Below are positions 18,594 through 27,477 of a stretch of 64,000 nt of DNA, in pieces. The notes beneath the pieces were generated by a model. That model was not told the DNA's origin, searched no databases, and saw only the letters and a list, made by a program, of their open reading frames with translations. The position numbers and the translations under genes were made by a program. The DNA is taken from contig OZ253563.1 in assembly GCA_965262855.1 (NCBI GenBank), forward strand, positions 1,911,015 through 1,975,014, read 5' to 3'. The DNA comes from Arenicellales bacterium. Its GTDB lineage: Bacteria; Pseudomonadota; Gammaproteobacteria; Arenicellales; JAJDZL01. Positions within the stretch are counted from its first letter, which is position 1. Every line of letters starts with the position of its first letter.

Positions 18594-20589
18594 CTTGACT
18601 TCGTAGAAAACTCGATTTTTACTCGATTTTCCGGATTTCATTTTTCAATATTATTATCATCATCTTGCAAGCGTCCATCCTGAAAAACAGCGATGTAGTG
18701 CCCTCATCAAAATAATACTTGCATATCAATCCGGACTGATGTATAACTTCATCCATGTTTGTAAGAAAGAAATTCGATGCCGCCCGAAACCGATACCGGG
18801 TGCAGATCGTGCAGAGCTTCCGCGACGGCAAGAAGGTGCGCCAGAAGATTATCCGCCATGTCGGCACCGCGCCCGGCGGCGCCCAGCTGACAAAGCTGAT
18901 GGAGCTCGGCGAGTTCATCAAGGAAGATCTCCGGCAGCAGTCCAATCCGCAGCAGGAGCTGTTCACGCCCAAGCAATACGCGGATCTTCTGAGCCAGTGC
19001 CGACGCAACCGCAAAGCGGCGCACCTCGGCGTCGACCTTGGACAGTGCCGGGAACAAAACCGCCTGAACATCGACGTGCGCGAAGCATTCGGCCGGCTTT
19101 ACTCAAGCATGGGCTGGGACCGCCTGCTCGGTTCCCGCAAAGCCAGCGCCAATCGCATCATCAAGGAACTGGTGCTGGCGCGCATCGCCCAGCCGCGGTC
19201 GAAACGCGGCACCGTCATGGAGCTGGCAAGAGACGGCGGCGTGACGCTGAATCTGGACTGGGTCTATCAGTCCATGGACTATCTTGACCCGCGGGTGATT
19301 GACAGCATACGCCGAAACGCGTCGGCCCGGGCTGAGGAACTTTTCACGCAGCCGATCGATGTCCTGTTCTATGACACCACGACACTTTATTTTCAAAGCG
19401 ACCGGGAAGACTACGGCCAAAACAAAGATCCTCTTCGCTTCAAGGGCTACAGCAAGGACGGCAAGCCGCATCGAACCCAGGTGGTGCTGGCATTGCTGGT
19501 GACCCGCGGCGGGATTCCGCTGGATTATGAGCTTTATCCGGGCAATACCTACGAGGGCGACACGCTGTGCCGGGCGCTCGATGGCATCACCGAACGATAC
19601 GATGTGAGCCGGGTGACCGTGGTGGCCGATGCCGGGCTGTTCAGCCACAGCAATCTTGAATGGCTGCGCGAGCGCAACCTGCCCTACATTGTGGGGTTTC
19701 GCGCCAAGAATGCGACGCGCAAGCTCAAGGAGCAGATTCTCGATGCCGACGGCTATGAGGGCTATATGTTCGACCAGGATGGTGAGGCTCAGTGCAACTG
19801 CAAGATCATCGCCCGCGGCGAGGAGCGAATCATCGCGACTTATTCAAAGAAGCGGGCGAGAAAAGACCGCCACAGCCGAGAGCGGGCGCTGGAGAAGCTG
19901 CTCAAGCGCCTGAAGCGTAGCGCAAAGCCGCTCAGCTTGGTGTCAAAAGGACATGCGCGGTTTCTCAACGTTCCATCTGACGGCGAGGCCACGGTCAATG
20001 AGGAAAAAGTGGCACAGGCCGCGCGCTGGGACGGCATCCACACCATCATCGCCTGGGGCAACGATCAGCTCAGCACCACCGAGCTGCTGCACCAATACCG
20101 TCAGCTGTGGCACATCGAACGCGGATTTCGCACCAACAAGCACGATCTGAGGATCCGACCGATCTTTCATTGGACAAGCCGGCGCATCCGAGCCCATATC
20201 GCCATCTGTTTCATGGCGTATTGCTGTGTGCAGCACATGAGCCACCGGCTCCAGGCGCTCGGACATCCGATGAGTCCGGAATCGATGCGGCGCGAACTGA
20301 ACCACCTGCAGGTCAGCATTCTGGAAAACCACCAAGACGACCGCAGATTCGCGATACCGAGCAACGCGTCGGCGCAAGCCAGACGGATCTATCGCTGTGT
20401 GAACCTCAAGTGGAGCACCGTACCGTTTGAGATCAAGCCCATGTGACAACCGACCTGATCCTTGCCAAATCGCTGCTGACACTGTGGCGCAATCTGACCG
20501 GTTTTGGTACCAACCTCAAAATGTAGTGCCCACATTTGAACCTCGATTCAATTAAAACAACTATTTACAGCGAAAGTTCTATTAACTCA
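18594..20589 (+). mobile_element. IS1634-family insertion sequence
   Basis: 1996 bp lying exactly between the two 348-bp repeats; single 563-aa transposase ORF. Confidence 0.85.
18755..20446 (+). CDS. IS1634 family transposase
   Basis: 563 aa; N-terminus MFVRKKFDAARNRYRVQIVQSFRDGKKVRQKII.. and DDE region (VVADAGLFSHSNLEWL, WHIERGFRTNK) typical of the family. Confidence 0.85.
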   Translation: MFVRKKFDAARNRYRVQIVQSFRDGKKVRQKIIRHVGTAPGGAQLTKLMELGEFIKEDLRQQSNPQQELFTPKQYADLLSQCRRNRKAAHLGVDLGQCREQNRLNIDVREAFGRLYSSMGWDRLLGSRKASANRIIKELVLARIAQPRSKRGTVMELARDGGVTLNLDWVYQSMDYLDPRVIDSIRRNASARAEELFTQPIDVLFYDTTTLYFQSDREDYGQNKDPLRFKGYSKDGKPHRTQVVLALLVTRGGIPLDYELYPGNTYEGDTLCRALDGITERYDVSRVTVVADAGLFSHSNLEWLRERNLPYIVGFRAKNATRKLKEQILDADGYEGYMFDQDGEAQCNCKIIARGEERIIATYSKKRARKDRHSRERALEKLLKRLKRSAKPLSLVSKGHARFLNVPSDGEATVNEEKVAQAARWDGIHTIIAWGNDQLSTTELLHQYRQLWHIERGFRTNKHDLRIRPIFHWTSRRIRAHIAICFMAYCCVQHMSHRLQALGHPMSPESMRRELNHLQVSILENHQDDRRFAIPSNASAQARRIYRCVNLKWSTVPFEIKPM

Positions 20590-20924
20590 AGAATATGGGA
20601 AGCCAGGTTGGGGATGCGAATCCATGGCAGGATCAAAAAGCGGGCGTTGTTGACGAGCAGATGCAGGTTGCGCTCGCGGCATTGTGCAGACCAGCCGATG
20701 AACTGATCGCGCGGTGCGGTCTTCCAGGCGGCGGCTCCAAAACCGAGCAGCGCCAGCGGTTCGTGGTTGGCGGAACGCACCAGATAACGCATCTGCGCAC
20801 CGGGCAAAGGCTTGTAGCCGAGGTAGTGATAGCGCTCGATAAACGAATTCCAGATTCGACTGCGGGGACCCGCTTTGATGATCTCAAAGTGCAACGGGCG
20901 CACTTGCCGCAGGTCTTGCGGCAA
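20590..20924 (-). pseudogene. duplicated 5' part of the DUF4338 gene (first ~112 codons)
   Basis: identical to the N-terminal part of ORF 17999-18580; runs into the IS1634 end. Confidence 0.85.
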
Positions 20925-20937
20925 TTCAATCTAGTCT
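20590..20937. repeat. 348-bp direct repeat, right copy
   Basis: duplicate of 18246-18593. Confidence 0.9.
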
Positions 20938-21824
20938 TACCCCAATTTGGTAGAGACGTTAGGATTTGAGAGGTTACCAGCGCCCTTAAGGGCGCTGGTA
21001 ACCTCTGGTTGCGCTTTTTTCAGCTGCGCTTCATACTCGATTGGACTCCTATTACCCAGACTCGTATGCAATCGTCGGGTGTTATACCAAGACTCGATAT
21101 ACCGAATCACTTGCTGTCTTAGTTCCTTCGCTGATTTTAAACGATCCGTTTTCAAAACGCTTTCCCGCTTCAATGTGGCAAACCATGATTCGGCTTGCGC
21201 ATTGTCATAACAATCACCGACACTGCCCATCGACTGCTTGATCCCATGCACTCGACACAAGGCTTGAAAGGCCTTCGAACTGTATTGTACTCCTTGGTCC
21301 GAATGGTGAATCACGCCTTCGCAACTCCGACCTCGAAGTGCCATCTGCAAGGCCTCACTCATCAAACCGACGTCCTGGCAGGTTTTCATCGACCAACCCA
21401 AAATCCGTCGGCTACAAGCGTCCTGCACCACCGCCAAATACAACACACCGTCTAACGTATGCAGATAAGTCGCATCCGCCACCCACAACTGATCCGGCTC
21501 GGATACGTTAAATTCACGATTCACTCGGTCTACTATACCGTGCGCGCGACCCGAGCAACGGGTGCTACGCACAAATTTTCGAGCTACACACGCCGATAAT
21601 CTCGCCTTTTGCATCAATCGTGCGACTCGATTTACACTCACTTCGACCCCACTCTTACACAACTGCGCAGCAATGCGGGGTGCACCATAAGTCCAACCAC
21701 TTTCGACCAATACACCACCAATCGCCGCCAATAACTTTTCATTGGCTTGCGAACGCGGACTCGGCTTGCGGTTTCGCCACGCATAATAACCTGATTCTGA
21801 AATCTCTAATGCCCGACACATCAA
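20937..21824 (-). CDS. IS3 family transposase OrfB (DDE integrase-like)
   Basis: 295 aa; WVADATYL, HSDQGVQYSS, DNAQAESWFATLKRE. Confidence 0.85.
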   Translation of the reverse strand: MMCRALEISESGYYAWRNRKPSPRSQANEKLLAAIGGVLVESGWTYGAPRIAAQLCKSGVEVSVNRVARLMQKARLSACVARKFVRSTRCSGRAHGIVDRVNREFNVSEPDQLWVADATYLHTLDGVLYLAVVQDACSRRILGWSMKTCQDVGLMSEALQMALRGRSCEGVIHHSDQGVQYSSKAFQALCRVHGIKQSMGSVGDCYDNAQAESWFATLKRESVLKTDRLKSAKELRQQVIRYIESWYNTRRLHTSLGNRSPIEYEAQLKKAQPEVTSALKGAGNLSNPNVSTKLG

Positions 21825-21856
21825 ACGGATCGCAAAGTTCTTCCTCTCCGCTTTGA

Positions 21857-22162
21857 TTAATTCGTACGCCCGGTTCCACCACGCTGGACCCCGCTGTCGG
21901 CGGCAAACCAGGCTGCCGCTTTTTTTAAGAACGCATTCTCCTGCTCTAACTCCTGATTGCGACGCTGTAAGCGACGCAACTGCGACACTTCACTCTCACC
22001 TGGCTCCGATTCACTCGCCTTCGCCTTGGCTTGACGTTTCCAATTTTGAATCGTCGTCGCCGAGGGCTCGTATCTGCGCGCTAACTCTCGCACCGATACC
22101 CCAGCTTCATGCTCCGATAATATATGTTCCTTAAATTCCTCGGCATAGTTCCCTTGACTCAT
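21857..22162 (-). CDS. IS3 family transposase OrfA (HTH)
   Basis: 101 aa; HTH (VSVRELARRYEPSATTIQNW) and leucine-zipper-like region. Confidence 0.85.
   Translation of the reverse strand: MSQGNYAEEFKEHILSEHEAGVSVRELARRYEPSATTIQNWKRQAKAKASESEPGESEVSQLRRLQRRNQELEQENAFLKKAAAWFAADSGVQRGGTGRTN
21920..21926 (-). promoter_or_regulatory. probable programmed -1 frameshift site (A7 run, CTTAAAAAAAGC)
   Basis: A-run near the end of orfA, upstream of the orfB frame, as in IS3-family elements. Confidence 0.55.
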
Positions 22163-22226
22163 CTTCGATTTTCCTCCAAATCTTTGGATTACTCTATTAC
22201 TAATGTGTCTCTACATTATCGGGGTA

Positions 22227-22650
22227 GTACCACTCGCAACAGGCTCTGGCTGGCACGCACCTCGAGCTGTTCTCCAACATACTCGCAGGGCACTGAGTAA
22301 TGATGCCGCTCAAACGTCACGTGATAATCCACATTGACTTTCACGGTTTTGATCTGTGCATATTCATAGCGATGCATCGGCAAGGCTCGAAGATGTGGCT
22401 GATCCAGCCGCACGAAAGCCTGCCATCGATTTTCAGGCAATTTCTGGAACGCTCTGAGGTTCAGTTCAACCAACAACTCTCGAATCGCTTGGTTCAGTTC
22501 ATACAGCGAAGTAAAACTGCGATGGCGAAGACACGCCACAATCCAGCGCTGTACCAATAACACTGCGCCTTCGACTTTTGCCTTGTCCTTCGGACGCCGC
22601 GGACGAACCGGCAGCACTGCTGTACGGTAATGCTCAGCCCACTGCTGGTA
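22227..22650 (-). pseudogene. IS21-family IstA transposase, C-terminal fragment
   Basis: ..[53 protein letters not shown]; cut by the IS4-type element on one side and the IS3 element on the other. Confidence 0.75.
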
Positions 22651-25156
22651 CAATGGCATTCGTTTTGAAAAATTCCGAACACGTGGTCGTTGGTGATTTG
22701 CAAGTCATTGATGTAAATCATGTTTTTTGAGTGCAAAAAAATTGTCCTGAGCCCTTGACAAACACCACCGGTTCTGCGAAAATAACAGTGAACATTGAAG
22801 CTTATCAGGAGAATACGCGATGGACGACAGCATCAAGCGATTGCACAGGACGACCTTTTGCGGGCAGCGATTCACGCGCCAGCAATTGGTCGAGGTCCAG
22901 CAGACGGTTGACAGTTTTCCGCGCTTAAGTCGCAACGAGTTGGCGCAGACGATCTGTGAGCATTTGGATTGGCGAACGGATGGGGGCGTCAACAGCGCTT
23001 ATGCGTGTTTGAAGATGCTCGAGGAGTTGCAGGCTGCGGGTGTATTGCGCTTGCCGGGCAAGGATGAGACGAAGGTTCGGGGGGGCCGCAAGCGACTGGA
23101 GTTGAGCGAGCGGAGTGAGCCGGGTGCGGCGGTGGTGGCGAGTTTGTCGGAGCTGTCGCCGATTGCGCTGCAGTTGGTGGAGTGCGAGGCGGACAAGGCG
23201 CAGTGGAACGAGCTGGTGGATCGTTATCATTATCTGGGCTACCGTCAGCCGATGGGATGTCACTTGCGTTATTTCATTGTTGACAAAGATAACCGGCGGC
23301 TGGGTTGTTTGCTGTTTCAGCGGGCCAGTGCGAAGTTGCCGTGCCGGGATGAATGGATCGGCTGGCAACCGGTGCGCTACAAGAAGCGTTTGAAGCAGGT
23401 GGTGCAAAATGCGCGGTTTTTGATCTTGCCCTGGGTGCAGGTGTCGAACCTGGCCTCGAAGGCATTGTCGCTGGCGGCACGGTGCATGGCAGACGATTGG
23501 CAGACAAGATGGGGCGTGCGGCCGGTGCTGATGGAGACCTTCGTTGAAGCGGCGCGTTTTAGCGCCAGCAGTTATCGGGCGGCGGGCTGGCAGCGGATTG
23601 GCAAGACCGTCAAGCGCTCTGACAAGACCATCAAGGATGTGTATGTGATGCCATTGGCGGCCGATGCCCGTCGCATGCTGCTCGAAGGTGAGGCCAAAAA
23701 GCCCCGGCGAGTTGCGCCGCGGCAGCCGTCGGTCGGTTCTGCCGATGACCGGTTTGTGCGCATGTGGCGTGATTTTATCAGCATTGCAGCCGCGGTGGCT
23801 GAGCAATACGATCGACGCTGGCAACAGCGAAGACGGGTGCTCAATACGTTGCTGATCATGCTGTTTGTGTTCCGTCTGGTGTTTTCAAAGAATCATCAGG
23901 GCTATCAGATCACGGTCAACGAATTGTGGGCTCAGAGTCGGCTGCTGGGTGTGGAGCTGCCACAGCCGCAGCCGCCAGTGGCGTCCTCGATGTGTGTCGC
24001 CCGCCACAAGCTCGATGAGCAGGTGTTCAAAACAGTCTATCGGCAGGTGCTGGCGCGTTTGGATGAGCACTTGGGTGAGGATGCCCGTCGCGAGTGGTGC
24101 GGCCGGCGACTGCTGGCGGTAGATGGGAGCAAAATCAACTTGCCGCGGGCGCTGCTTGAAGCCGGCTATTCCCTGCCTTCCCAGGGTTGTTACTATCCGC
24201 AAGGCCTGGTGAGTTGTTTGTACCGGCTGGGCGACCGCATGCCAATGGATTTTGAGTTGCTGTCGCACCTGGACGAACATCAGCCCGCGCTCGGGCATCT
24301 GAAATGGTGCCGGGCGGGCGAAGTGGTGGTATACGACCGCGGTTATTATTCGTTCGAGTTGTTGCGCCAGCATGCGATACGCGGCATCGACTGTATTTTT
24401 CGCCTCAAGCGTGGCAGTGCAGGTGCCTTTGATGAGTTCATTGACGGCTGCGAGGATGAACGCGTCATTGATGTTTTGCCGAGCGAGTCTCGCGCCCGGC
24501 ACTGGCGCCGGCGTCATCCGGGTAAAACCTTGCACCCGATCCGGGTGCGCTGCGTCAGATACAGCGCCGGTGGCAATGACTACTGTCTTGCGACCACGCT
24601 GTTGGATCAAAACCAGTTTCCGGTCGCCGCACTGTCGGATGCGTATCACGGCCGCTGGGGCATTGAAGAGTTGTACAAAATCTCCAAGCGGTTGGTGGAA
24701 ATCGAGCAATTTCACGCCAAGTCCGAGCGCGGCGTGAAACAGGAGCTGTATGCTCATTTTGTGCTGCTGGCGCTGTCTCGCTCGTTCGGTAACCAGTTGG
24801 AAGACGACCTGAATACGGGTGCTGTGTGCGATCAACCCAAGATGCGTGCGAATTTCAAGAATGTGCTGGTGACGGTGGCGAGAAACTTTGAAGCGCTGAT
24901 GCTGGGCAACTGGCAACTGGCTTCGAGCGCGGTATCGAACATTCTTCACAGCATCGGTAATTGTCTGCAAAAGGAACGTCCAGGACGGTCGTGTCCGCGC
25001 ATCTCAAAGCGTCCGGATGAGCGGTTCAGGAATGCCAATCGAAGAACTAGAACGGCCTAAAAAAACTGAACCATTGATCAGCTGCAGGTCGTCCAAATCT
25101 TGGGAAAATACCGAACTGTTAAACGAATAGCTTTTTTTGCTAAACGAATGCCATTG
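22651..25156 (+). mobile_element. IS4-type DUF4338-DDE insertion sequence, copy 2
   Basis: constant offset 18385 from copy 1, all six-frame ORF translations identical; no target duplication (flanks CTGCTGGTA / GATGCGCGCC). Confidence 0.9.
22820..25060 (+). CDS. DUF4338-IS4-type DDE fusion transposase (copy 2)
   Basis: 746 aa identical to 4435-6675. Confidence 0.85.
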   Translation: MDDSIKRLHRTTFCGQRFTRQQLVEVQQTVDSFPRLSRNELAQTICEHLDWRTDGGVNSAYACLKMLEELQAAGVLRLPGKDETKVRGGRKRLELSERSEPGAAVVASLSELSPIALQLVECEADKAQWNELVDRYHYLGYRQPMGCHLRYFIVDKDNRRLGCLLFQRASAKLPCRDEWIGWQPVRYKKRLKQVVQNARFLILPWVQVSNLASKALSLAARCMADDWQTRWGVRPVLMETFVEAARFSASSYRAAGWQRIGKTVKRSDKTIKDVYVMPLAADARRMLLEGEAKKPRRVAPRQPSVGSADDRFVRMWRDFISIAAAVAEQYDRRWQQRRRVLNTLLIMLFVFRLVFSKNHQGYQITVNELWAQSRLLGVELPQPQPPVASSMCVARHKLDEQVFKTVYRQVLARLDEHLGEDARREWCGRRLLAVDGSKINLPRALLEAGYSLPSQGCYYPQGLVSCLYRLGDRMPMDFELLSHLDEHQPALGHLKWCRAGEVVVYDRGYYSFELLRQHAIRGIDCIFRLKRGSAGAFDEFIDGCEDERVIDVLPSESRARHWRRRHPGKTLHPIRVRCVRYSAGGNDYCLATTLLDQNQFPVAALSDAYHGRWGIEELYKISKRLVEIEQFHAKSERGVKQELYAHFVLLALSRSFGNQLEDDLNTGAVCDQPKMRANFKNVLVTVARNFEALMLGNWQLASSAVSNILHSIGNCLQKERPGRSCPRISKRPDERFRNANRRTRTA

Positions 25157-26741
25157 GATGCGCGCCGGTTGCTCGGTGGCGCACATCTTGATTCCCACTA
25201 TTTCCCGAAAGGAGTTTGCAGGAAAATGTATACGGACGCGGATTTCAAGTCATTGCTGGATTATTTCTCACACATTGAGGACCCGCGCGGGCGTCGCGGG
25301 CGGCGCTATCGCCTCGGGACACTGCTGGCCATTGCGGCGGCAGCCACAGTTTGCGGTGCGCGCGGCTATCAGGAGATGGGCGAATGGGTACAGGCGCAGT
25401 CAGAAAAGGTGCTTCGTCATTTCAGGGTTGGATTGCGGCGTGGCAAAGTCCAGCGTCCAAGCGTGTATTGCATCCGCGAGGCGCTGGTCAGAACCGACCC
25501 CGGGCAGTTCGATGACGCGCTTCGCAAATGGTGCATATCGATTGACGGCTGCGATGAGGCGATTGCGATCGATGGCAAGACGATGAAAGGAGCGGTTGAC
25601 GGGAACAATCGCCAGATTCATGTGCTGGGCGCCTGTGGGCATCAAAGTCGCATGCATCTGGCAAAAAAAAAGATGAGGCTTGACTCGGACGGGAGTGAGG
25701 AGCAAAAGTACACCAACGAGATCGGCGCGTGCATCCCGTTGCTGAAATCGATTGATGACCTCAATGGCAAAGTGATCACCGCTGATGCGCTGTTGACGCA
25801 GCATGCGATTGCGAGCTATATTCTCAGCCGGGGCGGGCACTATATGTTTATTCTCAAGAACAACCAGAAAGATCTCACTGGCGAGGTGAGTATTCATTTT
25901 ACCGATCTGCTTCGACTCAGACCGGATACTGAAGCTGACTTTGTCACCCGCACCGGTGACGCGACCGATGCAGGGAAAAAGGTGCCCAAGGTCCAGCATG
26001 GACGTCATGAGATCCGCGAAATCCGGGTCAGCGACAATGCCGAACTGATGGCGTATCTGAATCGCGAGTCGAAATTTCCGGACATCGCGCAGATATTCCG
26101 CATTCGTCGCACGATTGACCACTACCGGCGTGGCGAGGTAACCAAGACGACGCAGGAAACCGTTGTCGGGATCACCTCACTGCAAGCCGCTCAGGCTGAT
26201 CCGAAGACTTTGCTGGGGCTCAACCGCGGCCATTGGACCATTGAATCGAATCATCGCATTTTGGACGACTCAAACACCTGGCACGAGGATCACCTTCTGA
26301 TTCGCACCGGGCATGGACCGGAAAACGTCACGGCACTTCGCCGATTTGCGATCTCGGTGATCAGACGGCACGCAGAATCAGTTGCGCCGACGATGCGCAA
26401 ATTGCGCACCAACGCACGTTTGCTCCTGGATTATCTGGGCCTGGCCGGGAACACGCGACGCAGGGGTCGGCGTTCGCCGATCACCGGGGCCGTATGTCGA
26501 TGACCCACCGAATTGTGATTGCGAAAAATCGTTGTTCGGCAACAGCCGAAACAGGAAAAATCCGTACTCCCATAGGACAGTTCACTGAAAGAATACTGAA
26601 AATCGGTTGCGGCATCACCTGAAGCGGTTCAAATCAGGCACAGTGCATGGTTTCATGCCAGTGGCCTGAACATACTTGTGATCCATAGGCTAAAATCACG
26701 AGTCGATGGCGTTCGGTTAGCGTGACAAAAAATTTGCCTTG
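25157..26741 (+). mobile_element. ISAs1-type element, 5'-truncated copy (lacks the left end and the DUF4338 module)
   Basis: identical to 52969-54553 (offset 27812); truncation point is the IS4-type right end. Confidence 0.85.
25226..26503 (+). CDS. ISAs1 (H-repeat) family DDE transposase part, complete from an internal ATG
   Basis: MYTDADFKSLLDYFSHIEDPRGRRGRRYRLGTLL.. matches canonical ISAs1 N-termini; AGGAG lies 11 nt upstream of the ATG. The listed ORF 25100-26503 is a hybrid that starts at a TTG inside the IS4-type end. Confidence 0.6.
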   Translation: MYTDADFKSLLDYFSHIEDPRGRRGRRYRLGTLLAIAAAATVCGARGYQEMGEWVQAQSEKVLRHFRVGLRRGKVQRPSVYCIREALVRTDPGQFDDALRKWCISIDGCDEAIAIDGKTMKGAVDGNNRQIHVLGACGHQSRMHLAKKKMRLDSDGSEEQKYTNEIGACIPLLKSIDDLNGKVITADALLTQHAIASYILSRGGHYMFILKNNQKDLTGEVSIHFTDLLRLRPDTEADFVTRTGDATDAGKKVPKVQHGRHEIREIRVSDNAELMAYLNRESKFPDIAQIFRIRRTIDHYRRGEVTKTTQETVVGITSLQAAQADPKTLLGLNRGHWTIESNHRILDDSNTWHEDHLLIRTGHGPENVTALRRFAISVIRRHAESVAPTMRKLRTNARLLLDYLGLAGNTRRRGRRSPITGAVCR

Positions 26742-26997
26742 CCCTATACCTAGAAACTATTAGACAACATGGAAAAATACTCTACAATTTAATATTGAGA
26801 TGGTAAGTTGGCAGCTTGATTGCTGGAGTGGAGGTCTTCCCCCCGGTTAATGCCTTGCTAATGAATAGTGCATAATTGAGTAGCGGAATTGCATGCTCAA
26901 TTCGTTTGCTATGAACAATTCTTGAGCGCTAGTGCATTCAGCTTGATAAATGCCGAGCGACTATTTACGATTAAAACAACTAGGAGAGTTTGGATAA

Positions 26998-27462
26998 ATG
27001 CCTACTTTTGTACGAACAGATAAATGCGATGGCTGCAAAGGTCAGGACAAGACTGCATGCATGTACATATGCCCGCACGATCTGATGCTGCTGGACAAGG
27101 ATGGTTCAATGACCGGTCACGCGATGAAAGCTTTCAATCAGGAACCGGAACAGTGCTGGGAGTGCTATTCCTGTGTCAAGATTTGTCCGCAACAGGCGAT
27201 TGAAGTTCGGCACTATGCGGATGTCGTTCCACTGGGCGCTTCGGTTCAGCCTTTGCGCGGTTCGGAATCCATCATGTGGACGATCAAGTTTCGCAATGGA
27301 ACTCGCAAGCGGTTCAAATTCCCCATTCGCACAACTCCAGAAGGTTCTGCCGAGCCCTATATTGGTAAACCGGATGTTGATTTCAGCGAACTGACAGATC
27401 ACTCTGTGCTGTTTACTAGGGGAACGCACTCCTGTGATATGGATCAATTTATCAACAACTAA
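26998..27462 (+). CDS. aprB: adenylylsulfate (APS) reductase beta subunit
   Basis: 154 aa; MPTFVRTDKCDGCKG..CMYICPHD and CWECYSCVKICP ferredoxin clusters. Confidence 0.95.
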   Translation: MPTFVRTDKCDGCKGQDKTACMYICPHDLMLLDKDGSMTGHAMKAFNQEPEQCWECYSCVKICPQQAIEVRHYADVVPLGASVQPLRGSESIMWTIKFRNGTRKRFKFPIRTTPEGSAEPYIGKPDVDFSELTDHSVLFTRGTHSCDMDQFINN

Positions 27463-27477
27463 TTTTGAGACGAATCG

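Larger units (their letters stand above)
20938..22226 (-). mobile_element. IS3-family insertion sequence
   Basis: imperfect terminal inverted repeats TACCCCAATTTGGTAGAGAC / TACCCCGATAATGTAGAGAC; orfA plus orfB with a slippery site. Confidence 0.8.

Noticed and set aside
17993-18598. 201-aa plus-strand ORF overlapping the stand-alone DUF4338 gene
   Set aside because: It is antisense to an ORF with clear conserved blocks, has no recognisable motif of its own, and sits in a GC-rich shadow frame.
18619-20482. Several 100-180-aa ORFs on both strands within the IS1634 element
   Set aside because: All overlap the 563-aa transposase frame, are Arg/Ala/Pro-rich, and appear to be shadow ORFs.
4266-25156. 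Composite transposon formed by the two IS4-type copies
   Set aside because: Copy 1 carries its own 10-bp TSD, and the outer flanks of the pair are not duplicated, so the copies inserted or rearranged independently.
25400-26122. 240-aa minus-strand ORF, duplicated at 53212-53934
   Set aside because: It is antisense to the ISAs1 DDE domain and has no motifs.
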